Assembly: GCF_044704955.1 (NCBI RefSeq)
Contig: NC_091982.1
Coordinates: forward strand, 201,190,001-201,254,000
Length of the DNA stretch: 64,000 bases
From: Pristiophorus japonicus
Lineage: Eukaryota
Direction of reading: 5' to 3'
Shown one piece after another: positions 38,870 to 52,000 of the stretch (the first letter of the stretch is position 1; each line of letters begins with the position of its first letter). The notes beneath the pieces were generated by a model. That model did not search any database, had not been told where the DNA came from, and saw only the letters and a program-made list of their open reading frames with translations. The translations under genes were made by a program, and so were the position numbers.

Positions 38870-39430
38870 GATCATCATTATCATCTTCATAGGCCGTCCC
38901 TCAGAGTCAAGGAAGACTTGCTTCCACTCCTGAAGTTAGTTTTTTTTGGTGGCTGAACAGTCCAATACTAGAGCCACAGATAGTCGTTGAAAGAAGTGGT
39001 GGGTGGGACTGGTTTGCCGTATGCTCTTTCTGCTGCTTGCGCTTGATTTCTGCACGCTCTCTGTGTTGAGACTTGAAGTGCTCAGCGCCCTCCTGGATGC
39101 ACTTTCTCCACTTAGGGCGGTGTTTGGCCAGGGACTCCCAGGTGTCAGTGGGGATGTCGCACTTTATGGGGGAGGCTTTGAGGGTGTCCTAGTAACGTTT
39201 CTGCTGCCCACCTTTGACTTGTTTGCCATGAAGGAGCTCCGCATAAAGCACTTGCTTTGGGAGTCTTGTGTCTAGCCTGCAAACAATGTGGCCTGCCCAG
39301 CGGAGCTGATCGAGTATGGTCAGTGCTTCAATGCTGGGGATGTTAGCCTGGACGAGGTTGGCGCGCCTGTCCTCCCAGGGGATTTGTAGGATCTTGTGGA
39401 CACATCGTTGGTGATATATCTTCAAGTACT
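38870..39430 (-). mobile_element. RTE LINE 3' fragment
   Basis: YHQRCVHKILQIPWEDRR...QLRWAGHIVC; same tail as the 36825 copy. Confidence 0.88.
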
Positions 39431-39439
39431 TTCGATGCA

Positions 39440-40330
39440 CTATACTGTCTCGATGTTTATTCCAGGCCTCTGAAATAGATAGAGATGACTCTCCATCCAC
39501 TACCTTCACTTTTATGTAGATTCATTGCAGAAGACCAATTTATTAATAAACTGAGACCTGGCACTTAATGGGCCTACAGGAGAATGGAGACAGCAGATGG
39601 TATATAAACTCTGAAAAGTAATGCACGGAGGCTAATTTGGCATTGCACTCATCACATAAATAAGCTTATAGAAACTCTTGAAAGATTTAAATGTATGAAG
39701 TATTTAAGAATTCTGGTCTCTGCTTGTAGTAACATAAAATCTACTCTCTGATTAGGCACTGATTCAAATATCTGCATTGTAGAAAGTCTATATGCTCAAT
39801 AAGCTGGATTTCTTCTCTTTGGAAGAGTTTGGCCACCTCTCTGAGCCCGAGTCTCCTGAGGTTTTGAGGGATCTAGATACTCATTTGTTTGCAGCTCCAG
39901 ATTAGAACTTTGGACGTAGCTTCAGATCGGGTGTCAATGTTTTGGGGCAGTCTCTTTTTAATTACCTTTTAATTACGACAGAAATATCTATTTTGCTACC
40001 TTTGGTGCAATGACAAAAAGAGTTAACAGGCTCCATTTTTTTTCTTTGTAGATCTTGGAATGTTTTTTTCCTTCATGCAGAAAGGAGGACATTGTTTTCC
40101 TCACATTGTCTAGTTTTATCTGAAGTTAGCTTCTCGAATTCGTAGAAGTTTTGGGGTTCTAGGAGAAAGGAATAACGTACCCCATTGTACCATTTGCGTG
40201 GTTGATCTTGATTGTCGATACCACCTTTCTTCCGATAGCTTTACGATCCCATTGGCGCCGAATGAGGATCACTGACATCCAAATCTCAATTGGAATGCCT
40301 TTGAGCAGTCCCTGTCTTTAACATTTAAAA
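39440..40330 (-). mobile_element. Possible highly decayed LINE ORF1 (L1-type, transposase_22-like)
   Basis: With frameshifts, ordered remnants resemble DLE..S...NL, IE.AYRL and RF..YYKQR..IL. Weak, by eye only. Confidence 0.3.
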
Positions 40331-40568
40331 TTCAGATACAAGTTCAAAAGCTACTTTGAACAGTAATTTCGTCACATTCATTTTGGCTGGACAAACGTGT
40401 TTTCTAGCTGGGTATTCCCAGTTGCTGACCTTACTGAATATGGCAAGTTTATTTTGGTATTGGCTATTAACGGTCATGTGAGATCCAGGTATTGGCCGAC
40501 AGCACTAGCATTGACACTAAGCAAAATATAAGAGCAGCTTCAGGGTACTATTATTCAGGATAAACATT

Positions 40569-40990
40569 GGTCAGGAATTTGCAATTGGGATGAGACTGAA
40601 CTGGCAGCATTCAACATCATTCCACCTTTGAAATTGATCACAACTTTGGGATTTGGCGCATGCACAGCCTGATGCGGAAATCCTGAAGTTGCAGTCTGTC
40701 ATTCACTGCTCCTCCACAGGCTGCACTGTGCCCCCCCTCCCCCAACCACAGAACCAGCAATAAATGGTACAAGTTTTGGGTTCGAGGAGAAAGGAATAAC
40801 TAATCCCATTGTACCATCTGCCAACTCTTTGGCAGTAATTAGGCTGTTAAATTCCCTACTAAAGTTTAGACCCAAAGGGATTAGGTGTAACTGGAGTTCT
40901 AACAGTGTATTGACTGCTTAACAAAGATTAAAAATTAATTTTAATTTTGTGCAGCTTCAAATTTATCTATTTTAATAAAAAGTAAAATGT
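40569..40990. mobile_element. Partial Harbinger-type MITE (5215/9001 family)
   Basis: Starts GGTCAGGAATTTGCA; shares GAAATCC.GA.GTT...CTGCTCCTCCACA with 9105-9145. Confidence 0.5.
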
Positions 40991-41006
40991 TTAAGAAATT
41001 GGGCCC

Positions 41007-41350
41007 ACCCCCCCTCCTCTTCCCCCCCCCCCCCCTCCTCTTCCCCCCCCCCCCCCTCCTCTTCCCCCCTCCTCTTCCCCCCCTCCTCTTCCCCCCCTCC
41101 TCTTCCCCCCCTCCTCTTCCCCCCCTCCTCTTCCCCCCCTCCTCTTCCCCCCCTCCTCTTCCCCCCCTCCTCTTCCCCCCCCTCCTCTTCCCCCCCTCCT
41201 CTTCCCCCCCTCCTCTTCCCCCCCTCCTCTCTTCCCCCCCCTCCTCTTCCCCCCCCCTCCTCTTCCCCCCCCCCTCCTCTTCCCCCCCCCTCCTCTTCCC
41301 CCCCCCTCCTCTCCCCCCCCTCCTCTCTCCCCCCCCCCCCTCCTCTTCCC
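41007..41350. repeat. (C6-10 TCCTCTT)n pyrimidine minisatellite running into the gap
   Basis: Directly visible; more than 20 units. Confidence 0.95.
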
Positions 41351-41550
41351 NNNNNNNNNNNNNNNNNNNNNNNNNNNNNNNNNNNNNNNNNNNNNNNNNN
41401 NNNNNNNNNNNNNNNNNNNNNNNNNNNNNNNNNNNNNNNNNNNNNNNNNNNNNNNNNNNNNNNNNNNNNNNNNNNNNNNNNNNNNNNNNNNNNNNNNNNN
41501 NNNNNNNNNNNNNNNNNNNNNNNNNNNNNNNNNNNNNNNNNNNNNNNNNN
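41351..41550. other. Assembly gap (exactly 200 N, true size unknown)
   Basis: N run of round length between low-complexity flanks. Confidence 0.95.
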
Positions 41551-42328
41551 ACCCAACGCCACCTACCTGTAAATCTGGTGCTGGGGATGGGCCCTGCCCG
41601 GCCTGTTCAGCCTCCGTCCCCATCTCCTTTTCTTCCCCCCCCCCCCCCCCCCCCAATCTCCTTTTTGCCCCCCCAATCTCCTTTCCCTCTCTCTCCTCCT
41701 CCCCACTCGCTGTCAAAAACACAGACACTGAGACAGAGAATGAGACACACAGACAGAGATAGAGACACACTGGTGTGGGTGGGGGGGGGGGGGGGGGGGG
41801 GGGGGTTGGCATCCCAGCATGCTGTTGGGGGCTCCCGGTGCTGCAGTCGGTAAGTAGAAATGTTTTATTGATTTAAAAAAAAAATTATTTCTTATTATTT
41901 TTTTTTGATTTATTGATGTATTTATCATTTATTATTGATGATGGCTCTTTATTTGTAAACTGAAGTGTTTATATGTTTGTAAACTTCCCTTTAAACCCCC
42001 CCCCCCCCCACCCCCATTCCCTACGCCTGATTTGTAACCTACTTCTGGTTTTCTAAAGGTGTAGACAAGGTTTTTTTCGAGCGTACAAAAATCTTCACTT
42101 ACTCCATTTAGTTCGTTTGGAGTAAGTTTTCACTGACGAAACTTTGAAAACAGGCATAAGTGGCTGGACATGCCCCTTTTGAAAAAAAAATTCTGTTCCA
42201 AAGTGAAACTGTTCTAACTGACTAGAACTGGAGCAAACTAAATGACGAGAATTCAGATTTCTAAGATACTCTGTTCTACACAAGTTGCTCCTAAAAATCA
42301 GGAGCAAATCATGTGGAAACTTGGGGCC
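41551..42328. mobile_element. Right part of a Harbinger-type MITE (6309 family)
   Basis: Arm closely matches 7090-7439 and ends AAATCATGTGGAAACTTGGGGCC. Confidence 0.8.
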
Positions 42329-42344
42329 AAGATACTTAAAACCA

Positions 42345-42566
42345 CCTTTTCCAGGACGGTCTGCAGCTCCGGTGGTATGTCAGTGGCAAGTCATGAATTT
42401 TGTAATTTTGGGTGGTATGTTGACAGTCTTCATGGGCGGACGGTCTGCACACTGCCTGGCGGTATGTCACTGATGAATTTTCCACCGGGCAGTATGTGGG
42501 TGGTATCTCGGTGTTTTTTGATGAAATTTTGTAATTTGGGTGGTATGTCGACCAATTTCGGCCCCA
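42345..42566. mobile_element. Right end of another Harbinger-type element, with subterminal repeats
   Basis: Ends CAATTTCGGCCCC|AAT; repeated GGACGGTCTGCA and GG(T/C)GGTATGT motifs. Confidence 0.55.
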
Positions 42567-43399
42567 ATGTGCTTTCATTTTTTGTATAATGTAAGACAGA
42601 ACGAATATCCATGAAATGTTTATCGTAATGTTACATTTGTAGAATCTGTGTTTAAAAAATAGAATGTTCCATTTGGTGACAACCATTTTACCCATCATAT
42701 TAGTTGTGTTGAACTTGAATTGTAGTGTATGTATTTTATTAGGATTACTTTTCCTTGCATTCTTTACTTCTACCCAAACCTGTTAATTGAGGAGTAAGAT
42801 TTTGAGTTTATAGGTGCATTTTTGTCTAGCATTAAATTGACGACATTTTTACAAGTTTCACATTTTCTGAAAAGACACCTCTCCTCCCCAGGGAATTTAC
42901 ATTAACATAAGATGTAACATTTTATTATTCTAGTACTTACACTAGCAGAGAGATAGCAAAGTATCCTTTTTCTTATTATCACAAAAGCCTTGAATATTTC
43001 CACCACACAAGTGTGAAATTCTTGCCTCTCCCTTATCCCAGGCAGATATCCTGATTCCAATCCTCAATCACCACAGCTATGCAACCATTAACGAGTAGGT
43101 GCACAAGAGGCCCTACTAGAATTGCCCTTATTTGCACTTGCTCTGCTCTGGAATCGAAAGTCTCTCTCATTCATGCGAAGTCTGTATTCAAACTGACTGA
43201 CTGTAATACAGTTTGAAGATACTCAGTTTCATCTGTGAAATAATTATTTTTGTCATTGAGAGCAGTTAATTAAGTTATGACTTTGTGAACTGATATTTCA
43301 TTGGGATGCATTGAATATTACAGTAACATCAGATGCATTGTAATTTACTTGTGAATTCAACTAGCGTTAATGGCATGAAGGTTCAACATTAAATCAGAA

Positions 43400-43720
43400 G
43401 TTCTCAAAGTTTTAAAGGTCCTGTATAAAACAAATCCATAGTACAGAACTGACCAAATATAACAGGTAAAGAGAATGGAAAAAAGGTAAACCTGGAATTC
43501 AATTTGAATATAAATTGCGACAACAGGACAAGGGGACATGAGTTCAAAATAGTCAGAAGTAAACTTAGAATTGATGCCAGTAAATTACTTTTCAAAGAGT
43601 GATCAATACATTGAATAGATTTCCAGAAAGAATATAGAAGGTAAAAACCCTGAAATCTTTTAAAGAAACAATTAGATGCTGAAATGGAGAGAATTTAGGA
43701 TCTCTAGCTGGATGTTGGAT
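43400..43720 (+). mobile_element. Ancient CR1 3' remnant
   Basis: AGGACAAGGGGACATGAGTTCAAAATA (RTRGHEFKI) and downstream CR1-like blocks. Confidence 0.55.
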
Positions 43721-45671
43721 AACTTTATACTGATGTAGTAGGGGGGTTCAAGTGGTGGTGCTGTACGATCGGAACTGATGTATATTGTTGGCATGGAATA
43801 GAAAGACTTAGATTTCATGCAGATACAGATTCAGAATAGAAAGACCTTTACATCTCTACTCTATTTGATGCTGACACTGATGCCAAAAGTAGAAAAGCGT
43901 TCCATTCTCCAGGGCTGTCATTCCTTGCCCAATGAGCAGAAAAAAAATCACTGAAAATATAAATATAAATTATTGTAAAATCTTGTATATAAATCACACT
44001 TCTATCTGTGTTTTTGCTATTTCTGTACATATAAGGGAGTAATATGTGCATCAGTTCCAATTTTGTTATAAATTAAAAGACTACATTGTGCAAGCAATAT
44101 AAATAAATATATCCACGAGATATACTAGATAGCTTATGATGGTACAAGTGAACTGCATTTTACATGTTACAAATCCTATTTTATAAGGCACAAATGAACT
44201 TGCTAAACAGATGCATTTCTGTGTATAAATACTGGCTATAGCTTTTTAACCACAGCTACAAATCTGAATGAAATCTAGGAAATGCTCAAATTTTCCAGTT
44301 TAATAGCTTTAAAAAAAAAGCGCTACACTTGGTTACAGCTGAGAATAAATCTTTCGTGAATTTGATTTGTTTTGATATTAATTGTTGCATTTTTCTTTTG
44401 CTAAACATCAAAGTTATGTAGAACACTCTGATCTCTGTTTTTCTCTCGGCACATTTGGTAATAATGCTAACTTTAGTTCTTTCCCACTTGCTGAATATTG
44501 CCGCATCTCTGTCCTGGACTGTTGGTTCTTCCAGTGATTCACTAATCAGCCAGCAGGAAGTTGGCCATTGTTTGTACCTGGAACTGTTTGTATTACATTT
44601 GGTTAACAGTAAACATTGAGTAAAAGTTAACCTTTATCTCTAGATAGTTAGTGGCAGGTGTGGAGCTGTGTGCAGAAGCACTCCAATATCCTTAAAATAG
44701 GATAAATTGTATAATCAACACAAGGAAATCTGATGACTTGGTATGCTATGTTGATTGGCATCGACTGAAGGATACATTAATTATGTAGGATGCATCTAAT
44801 GTTGAAATGGTGTATCTTGTATGCGATGATGAATGTAAAAGCTTTACACCACATATTTTAAAATTGGAGAGGATATATTTAATTGAAGTAATGGAAGTAG
44901 AATAAAAGATTGGGTAGTACTGCACCCCATAATATAAAATATTGAAACCTTTCAATTTGCATTTCTGAAAAAACATGAGTTTTTAAAATCAAATCACCAT
45001 TCTAGTTTGAAATACTGGTAGATTGTGTTTGAATATGCTGGTTGAGAAATGTAGGTATGAACCATGAAATTAGTCTTTTGGAAGTTTTATACACTTTTTA
45101 AAAAAAAAAAAAAAATTTAAAAAAAATTTACTTGATAACTTGAGTAGCTTTCTGCCCATTCCACAACAACATTTCCATACCCTGTTCCTCAATCACAAAG
45201 CAGCTTTTAAAGCAGATGTCATCAGTTGCATGAAAATTATGCAAATTGATCTGTTGTGAGAAGGAAAGAGCCCACATCTACAACTCCATGACCTAGTTTG
45301 TTATTGTGCCATCAGGGTTACCATCCTTTTTTGTTCGAGTTCACATTGAGCATTTTGTATTTTAAGTAACTGCTGTTAGTTTTTCATTACTGTACATAAG
45401 GCATAAGGACTATTGGGTTTGTGTATTTTCATGTTTGACTGGAGGAAGTAATTTTATTGAAAATGTTGCAAATAGTTGATGACCTATATTTTTGTAACGT
45501 TTGTGATTGTATAAAAGAGTCATTAAATATTTTAGCCAGCATGAATGTTTTGTTGATACTATAATATATTGAAAGAATACCCTCATGGATTTACAGCCAA
45601 TGATAATGTATATTCGGATGGCTAAGTTTTTTTAATTGAAATTTTAGATTAAATTATACTGTCACTTTTAG

Positions 45672-45754
45672 GCACTTGAACACCAAAAGAAAGAATTTGT
45701 CAAATACTCCAAAAGCTTCAGTGATACTTTAAAAACCTACTTCAAAGACGGAAA
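45672..45754 (+). CDS. PDCD10: PDCD10 penultimate coding exon
   Basis: TTTTAG|ALEHQKKEFVKYSKSFSDTLKTYFKDG+AA|GTAAGT, 83 nt, phase 0/2. Confidence 0.97.
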
Positions 45755-46279
45755 GTAAGTATTGCAGTAACATGAACCAATTTTGTGTTGCTTTTGTATG
45801 AATTATCTTGCAATCAAAGCTTATAGTATAAGTATAATGTAAAATGAGAGTTTGTAGCTGCCACAATAGCATTAAATTTAAGTAAAAGTTTGAATAATAG
45901 GTGATGGTATAATTGGGTAAAATGATAGAAGTACCTTTTATTCCCATTGTGAGACGGGAAGCTTTGAGAAGTCTGGCTGTCTTTAAAAGGATTGACATTT
46001 GTGCTTTTCAAAGATTAGTTTCAGTGTAAACAATCTTTTTAATTGTGATATGTGTGTGTGACTTAACTTAGAAATGGTTCACCACATTTCATACTTGCTC
46101 ATGTTTATAATTGTGGAGTGTTCCAATCAGTATTGTTTAAAATATATTTTTTTAAGTCATCCTTGAATTCACAATACATTTTGATTTAGTTTGTGTGATT
46201 GGAGTGGAATGAATAAATGTATATTTTGAAATCTTATATCTTGTACTTAAGTTACAAATAGAACAGAATTCTAGATTGA

Positions 46280-46384
<105 letters not shown>

Positions 46385-46501
46385 AAACTCCATTTGTGAA
46401 GCTTTTTAATTTTTAATCTTAAAAGGTTGACCTTTATATGTAAATTTAAATAGTTACAACTGTATAAATTAACACATTCATTTCAGGACTTGAAGATGTT
46501 G

Positions 46502-46507
46502 AATAAA
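46502..46507 (+). terminator. Candidate PDCD10 polyadenylation signal (others at 46732 and about 46838)
   Basis: AATAAA 118 nt after the stop in an AU-rich 3' UTR. Confidence 0.45.
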
Positions 46508-47584
46508 ATTGTCAACTTGCACCATATTTTTGTAAAACATTGTAGCTAATCATGATTTCTCATTAAGGAATATAACAACTTTTGCTATTACTATTGTATC
46601 TAAAACGAAGCCAAAAGAATTTGCTCCTTAACATATCGTAATGTAACATTCCTTTGTGTAAATATTGGTGTTCTGTTTCTGAAGTTAACTTGCTGGCAAA
46701 AAAGACAAGTTATGTATTTAACATGATGGCAAATAAATAGTTTACAATCTGATTTATTTTGTCTCCTTTTAGCTGCAGTTCATAGTAGTGGTGGTGGGGG
46801 GGGGGGGGGGGAGGGTGGTGGAGAGGAGGTACAATTTAATAAAAATGTGATCAGATTTTCACATTGCATTGAGTCTGTCATTGCAGATAGGTGTTGGTTC
46901 TATTGTCTATTTAAACCCAATGTAATTTCTACTTGTGATTCTAAAGGGACCAATAACCACAACATAAATCTCAAGATACAACTACTTTATTGCCTTTTGA
47001 TTAAAATGTCTCAATTTTTGTAACCTTCCAGCAGCTGCAGTGTTTTACAAATGCATACCATTTAAGCAGATTTAGTTTCTCAATGTTTTATGTAACTTGA
47101 CATAGTTCATCGTTGGTGTGTAAAACAGTGCTATGTGGCCTTTTTCCCAATACTTGCAATAAGTGCAATTTTTAGTAGTTCAATTTGTATAATCCTTGTG
47201 CTCTCTCTGATGACAAAGGGCTATGATGCCTTTCAGGCAACTCCATATCACAGACAACCTTTTTTTACTCCCTATACAAATGCTTGTTTAAAGCAGTCTT
47301 CTGTGGTGGCCTGGCATTCTGTGAGGATCATCTATGTGAGTGAGTCACTTCTGTGCTATAATGATTGCAGGTGTAAGCCACAATGAAAGCAAAAGGAGTA
47401 AGTCAAGAGTGCCTTGGATGTGTAAATGTGAACTCCTCTGCTTAGAAGAAATTACTTGCTGCAGATGCTTTGAACCATTCTCATTCAGCTTTGGCACTTG
47501 CATTCATACAAGCCTGCTGTGTTTTACTGAGTTTTATATACATTAAATTATTTTTGGCTGAAAATCCTGAATCACAGTATATTT

Positions 47585-48040
47585 TTTAACAAATTAATTC
47601 TCTGGATATGGGCATCACTAGAAAGGCCTGATTTATTGCCTATCCCAAGTTGCTCTTGAGGTGGTAGTGGGTCGCCTCCTTGAGCCTCTTATGATGAAGG
47701 TACTGCTACACTGGAATTAGGTAAGGAGTTCCAAGATTTGACCCAGTGACAATGAAGGAACAGCTATATATGTCCAGTCAGGATAGTTGTGTGACTTGGA
47801 GGGAAACTGGGAGGTGATTTTGCATCCATGTACCTGCTGCCTTTGCCTTTCTAAGTGGTGGAGGTTGCGGGTTTGGGAGGTGCTGCGGAAGAATGCCTCG
47901 ATGAGTTGCTGCAGTGCATCCTGCAGAGAATAAACACTGCAGCCACAGTACGCTGATGGTGTAGGGAGCAGATGTTTATGCCAATGGATGGTGTGCTGAC
48001 ATTGCAAATTGCTTTGCTTTGTCCTGAATCGGGTTGAGCT
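47585..48040 (-). mobile_element. Non-LTR retrotransposon 3' fragment (CR1/L2-group, distinct family)
   Basis: Minus-strand remnants like HQRTVAAV...MHCSNS, FPSKSH...WTYIAVPS, ending in an A-rich tail. Confidence 0.55.
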
Positions 48041-48299
48041 ACTGAACACTAACCCTTTTGTATTAAAATCACATCCTCGTCAAAAAAATTATAAATCCGA
48101 AACTGCAAAAATTGTACTTTGAGATTTAGGTTCTCTTTCTCCCCCGTCCTGCCCCTCCAATAATACATCTATTAAAATGATAGCTGCAGCTGAAGTCCTG
48201 GAGGTACATGTCCGCCCTGCACTCCCATTGTCACTGCTTTTGCCCACTTGTGGCATTGTGTGGGACCCTGATGTGTCAAATTGGCTGCTAGTTTGCGCT

Positions 48300-48850
48300 A
48301 CCTAATGCGAGCGACTACCGGTCAAAAGTACTTCAGCAGCAGCGGGTTAAAGGAAAGGCGCTATACAAATTATTTTAAATCTCACGCATGGAGTTGGCAA
48401 AATAGCTACATAGTTCTTGGAAGATGGCAACAACTTCAGGCCGAAGTTTGTCCCACCCTGCCGCATGATTGACGGGGCGCGTGGCTGGAAGCGGAACTGC
48501 GCAGGCCGTTGCTGGGTTACCGAAGTCACCAAACTTCTGTGGAAGGTGAAGTTTGCACGGGAGCGGACTGAATTCCTGTTTCGTTCGGTTCCGTGCTTTG
48601 TGGCTGCATGGTTTTTTTTTGAATTGGGTGAGTAAAATGTGGTCAATGTTTTGCTTTTAATATTTGGAGCGCATCTGCAAATGTGTGACCTCTCCGTACG
48701 CAACATCGGATTGAACCCCCTTTGCCGTGTCGGCGTCGTCTTCTATACACTTTTTTTTCAACATCGTTAAATGTGTACGTTGTTTTTCAGGGCCGGAATT
48801 TGGCATTGTTTTGAATGCAGTCTGGCGGCTAATTCGCCACCTGGAGTTTG
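48300..48850 (+). promoter_or_regulatory. CpG-rich promoter with RFX X-box and putative noncoding first exon (about 48520-48627) of the next gene
   Basis: Non-repetitive CpG-rich patch; GTTGCTGGGTTAC at 48508-48520; donor TGG|GTGAGT at 48628. Confidence 0.6.
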
Positions 48851-49075
48851 ATGCAACTACCTGCACCTTGGTGGCTTGAGTCCCAGAAAAAATGACTTCC
48901 TAACCCGCCTTGTCCAGAAGCTCTATGCACTAAGTTTCCTGCAAATTAGTACAGTAGCAAATATTTAATATATCTATCCTCACTGCAGCATTTAAAAAAT
49001 GATTGCTCAATGTTTTTCAAACTGCAATGTTAAGCATCAGTAAAAGTTTTCACCAGACGCTTCTGAAGTGCATTG

Positions 49076-52000
49076 AAACATAGAAAATAGGTGCAGTAGC
49101 AGGCCCTTCGAGCCTGCACCACCATTCAATAAGATCATGGCTGATCATTTCCTCAGTACCCCTTTCCTGCTTTCTCTCCATATCCCTTCATCCCCTTATC
49201 CGTAAGGGCCATATCTAGCTCCCACTTGAATTTATCCAATGAACTGGCATCAACAACTCTCTGCGGCAGGGAATTCCATAGGTTAACAACTCTGAGTGAA
49301 GAAATTTCTCCTCACCTCAGTCCTAAATGGCCTACCCCTTATCCTAAGACTGTGTTCCCTAGTTCTGGACTTCCCCAACATCGGGAACATTCTACCCACA
49401 TCTAACCTGTCCAGTCCCGTCAGAATCTTTTATGTTTCTATGAGAACCCCCCTCATCCTTCTAAACTCCAATGTATAAAGGCCCAGTTGATCCAGTCTCT
49501 CCTCGTATGTCAGTCCACCCATCCTGGTAATCAGTCTGGTGAACCTTCGCTGCACTCCCTCAATAGCAAGAACGTCCTTCCTCAGATTAGGAGACCAAAA
49601 CTGAACACAATATTCCAGGTGCAGCCTCACCAAGGCCCTGTACAACTGCAGTAAGACCTCCCTGCTCCTATACTCAAATCCCCGAGCTATGAAGGCCAAC
49701 ATTGCCACCTTCACCGCCTGCTGGACCTGTATGCCACCTTTCAATGACTGATGAACCATGACACCCATGTCTTGTTGCACCTCCCCTTTTCCTAATCTGC
49801 CACCATTCAGATAATCTGTCTTTGCATTTTTGCCCCCAAAGTGGATAACCTCACATTTATCCACATTATACTGCATCTACCATGCATTTGCCCACTTGCC
49901 TAACCTGTCCAAGTCACCCTGCAGCCTTAGCGTCCCCCTCACAGTTCACACCGCCATCCAGTTTAGCGTCATCTGCGAACTTGGAGATATTACACTCCAT
50001 TCCTTCATCTAAATCATTGATGTATATTGTAAAGAGCTGGGGTCCCAGTACTGAGCCCTGTGGCACTCCACTAGTCATTGCCTGCCATTCTGAAAAGGAC
50101 CCGTTTATCCCGACTCTCTTCTTCCTATCTGCCAAGCAGTTCTCTATCCACGTCAGTATATTACCTCAGATACCATGTGCTTTGATTTTGCACACCAATC
50201 TCTTGTGTGGGACCTTGTCAAAAGCCTTTTGAAAGTCCAAATACACCACATCCACTGGTTCTCCCTTGTCCACTCTACCAGTTACATTCTCACAAAATTC
50301 CAGAAGATTTGACAAGCGTGATTTCCCTTTCATAAATCCATGCTGACTTGGACTGATCCTGTCACTGATTTCCAAGTGCACTGCTGTTTCGTCCTTAATA
50401 ATTGATTCCAACAATTTCCTCACTACTGATGTCAGGCTAACCGGTCTATAATTACCCGCTTTCTCCCTCTCTTTTTAAAAAGTGGTGTTACATTAGCTAC
50501 CCTCCAGTCCAGAGTTGATAGACTGTTGGAAAAGAAAGGAAAGGAGGTGGGGTAGCTTTGTTAATAAAGGATGATATCAGGACAGTTGTGAGAGACGATA
50601 TTGGCTCTAATGAACAAAATGTTGAATCACTGTGGGTGGAGATTAGAGATAGTAAGGGGAAAAAGTCACTGGTGGGTGTAGTTTATAGGCCCTCAAATAA
50701 TAACTTCACGGTGGGGCAGACAATAATCAAGGGAATAATGGAGGCATGTGAAAAAGGAACGGCAGTAATCATGGGGGATTTTAACCTACATAGCAATTTG
50801 ATCAAATCGCACTGGGTAGCCTTGAGGAGGAATTCTTAGAATGCATACCGGATTGTTTCTTCGAACAGTATGTTACAGAACCTACAAGGGAGCAAGCTAT
50901 TTTAGATCTGGTCCTGTGTAATGAGACAGGAATAATAAACAATCTCCTAGTAAAAGATCCTCTCGGAATGATTGATCACAGTATGGTTGAATTTGTAATA
51001 CAGATTGAGGGTGAGGAAGTAGTGTCTCAAACGAGCGTACTATGCTAAAACAAAGGAGACGACAGTGGGATGAGGGCAGAGTTGGCTAAAGTGGACTGGA
51101 AACAGACTAAACGGTGGCACAATTGAGGAACAGTGGAGGACTTTTAAGGAGCTCTTTCATAGTGCTCAACAAAAATATATTCCAGTGAAAAAGAAGGGCG
51201 GTAAGAGAAGGGATAACCAGCCGTGGATAACTAAGGACATAAAGGAGAGTATCAAATTAAAAACCAATGCGTACAAGGTGGCCAAGGTTAGTGGGAAACT
51301 AGAAGATTGGGAACATTTTAAACGACAGCAAAGAATGACTAAAAGCAATAAAGAAAGGAAAGATAGATTACGAAAGTAAACTTGCGCAAAACATAAAAAC
51401 AGATAGTAAAAGCTTTTACCGATATATAAAATGGAAAAGAGTGACTAAAGTAAATGTTGGTCCCTTAGAAGATGAGATGGGGGATTTAATAATGGGAAAT
51501 GTGGAAATGGCGGAGACCTTAAACAATTATTTTGCTTCGGTTTTCACAGTGGAAAACACAAAAACCATGCCAAAAATTGCTGGTCACGGGAATGTGGGAA
51601 GGGAGGACCTTGAGATAATCACTATCACTAAGGGGGTAGTGTTGGACAGGCAAATGGGACTCAAGGTAGACAAGTCCCCCGGTCCTGATGAAATGCATCC
51701 CAGGGTATTAAGAGATGGCGGAAGTTATAGCGGATGCATTCGTTATAATCTACCAAAATTCTCTGGACTCGGGAGGTACCAGTGGATTGGAAAGCAGCTG
51801 ATGTAATCCTCTGTTTTAAAAAAAAAAGGGGGCAGACAGAAGGCAGGTAACTATAGGCTGGTTAGTTTAACATTTGTAGTGGGGAAGATGCTTGAAGCTA
51901 TCATTAAGGAAGAAATAGCGGGACATCTCGATAGGAATAGTGCAAGGAAGCAGACACAACATGGATTCATGAAGGGGAAATCATGTTTAACTAATTTACT

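Noticed and set aside
40972-41853. 196-288 aa Pro or Gly/Glu/Arg-rich ORFs
   Set aside because: Simple repeat plus N run.
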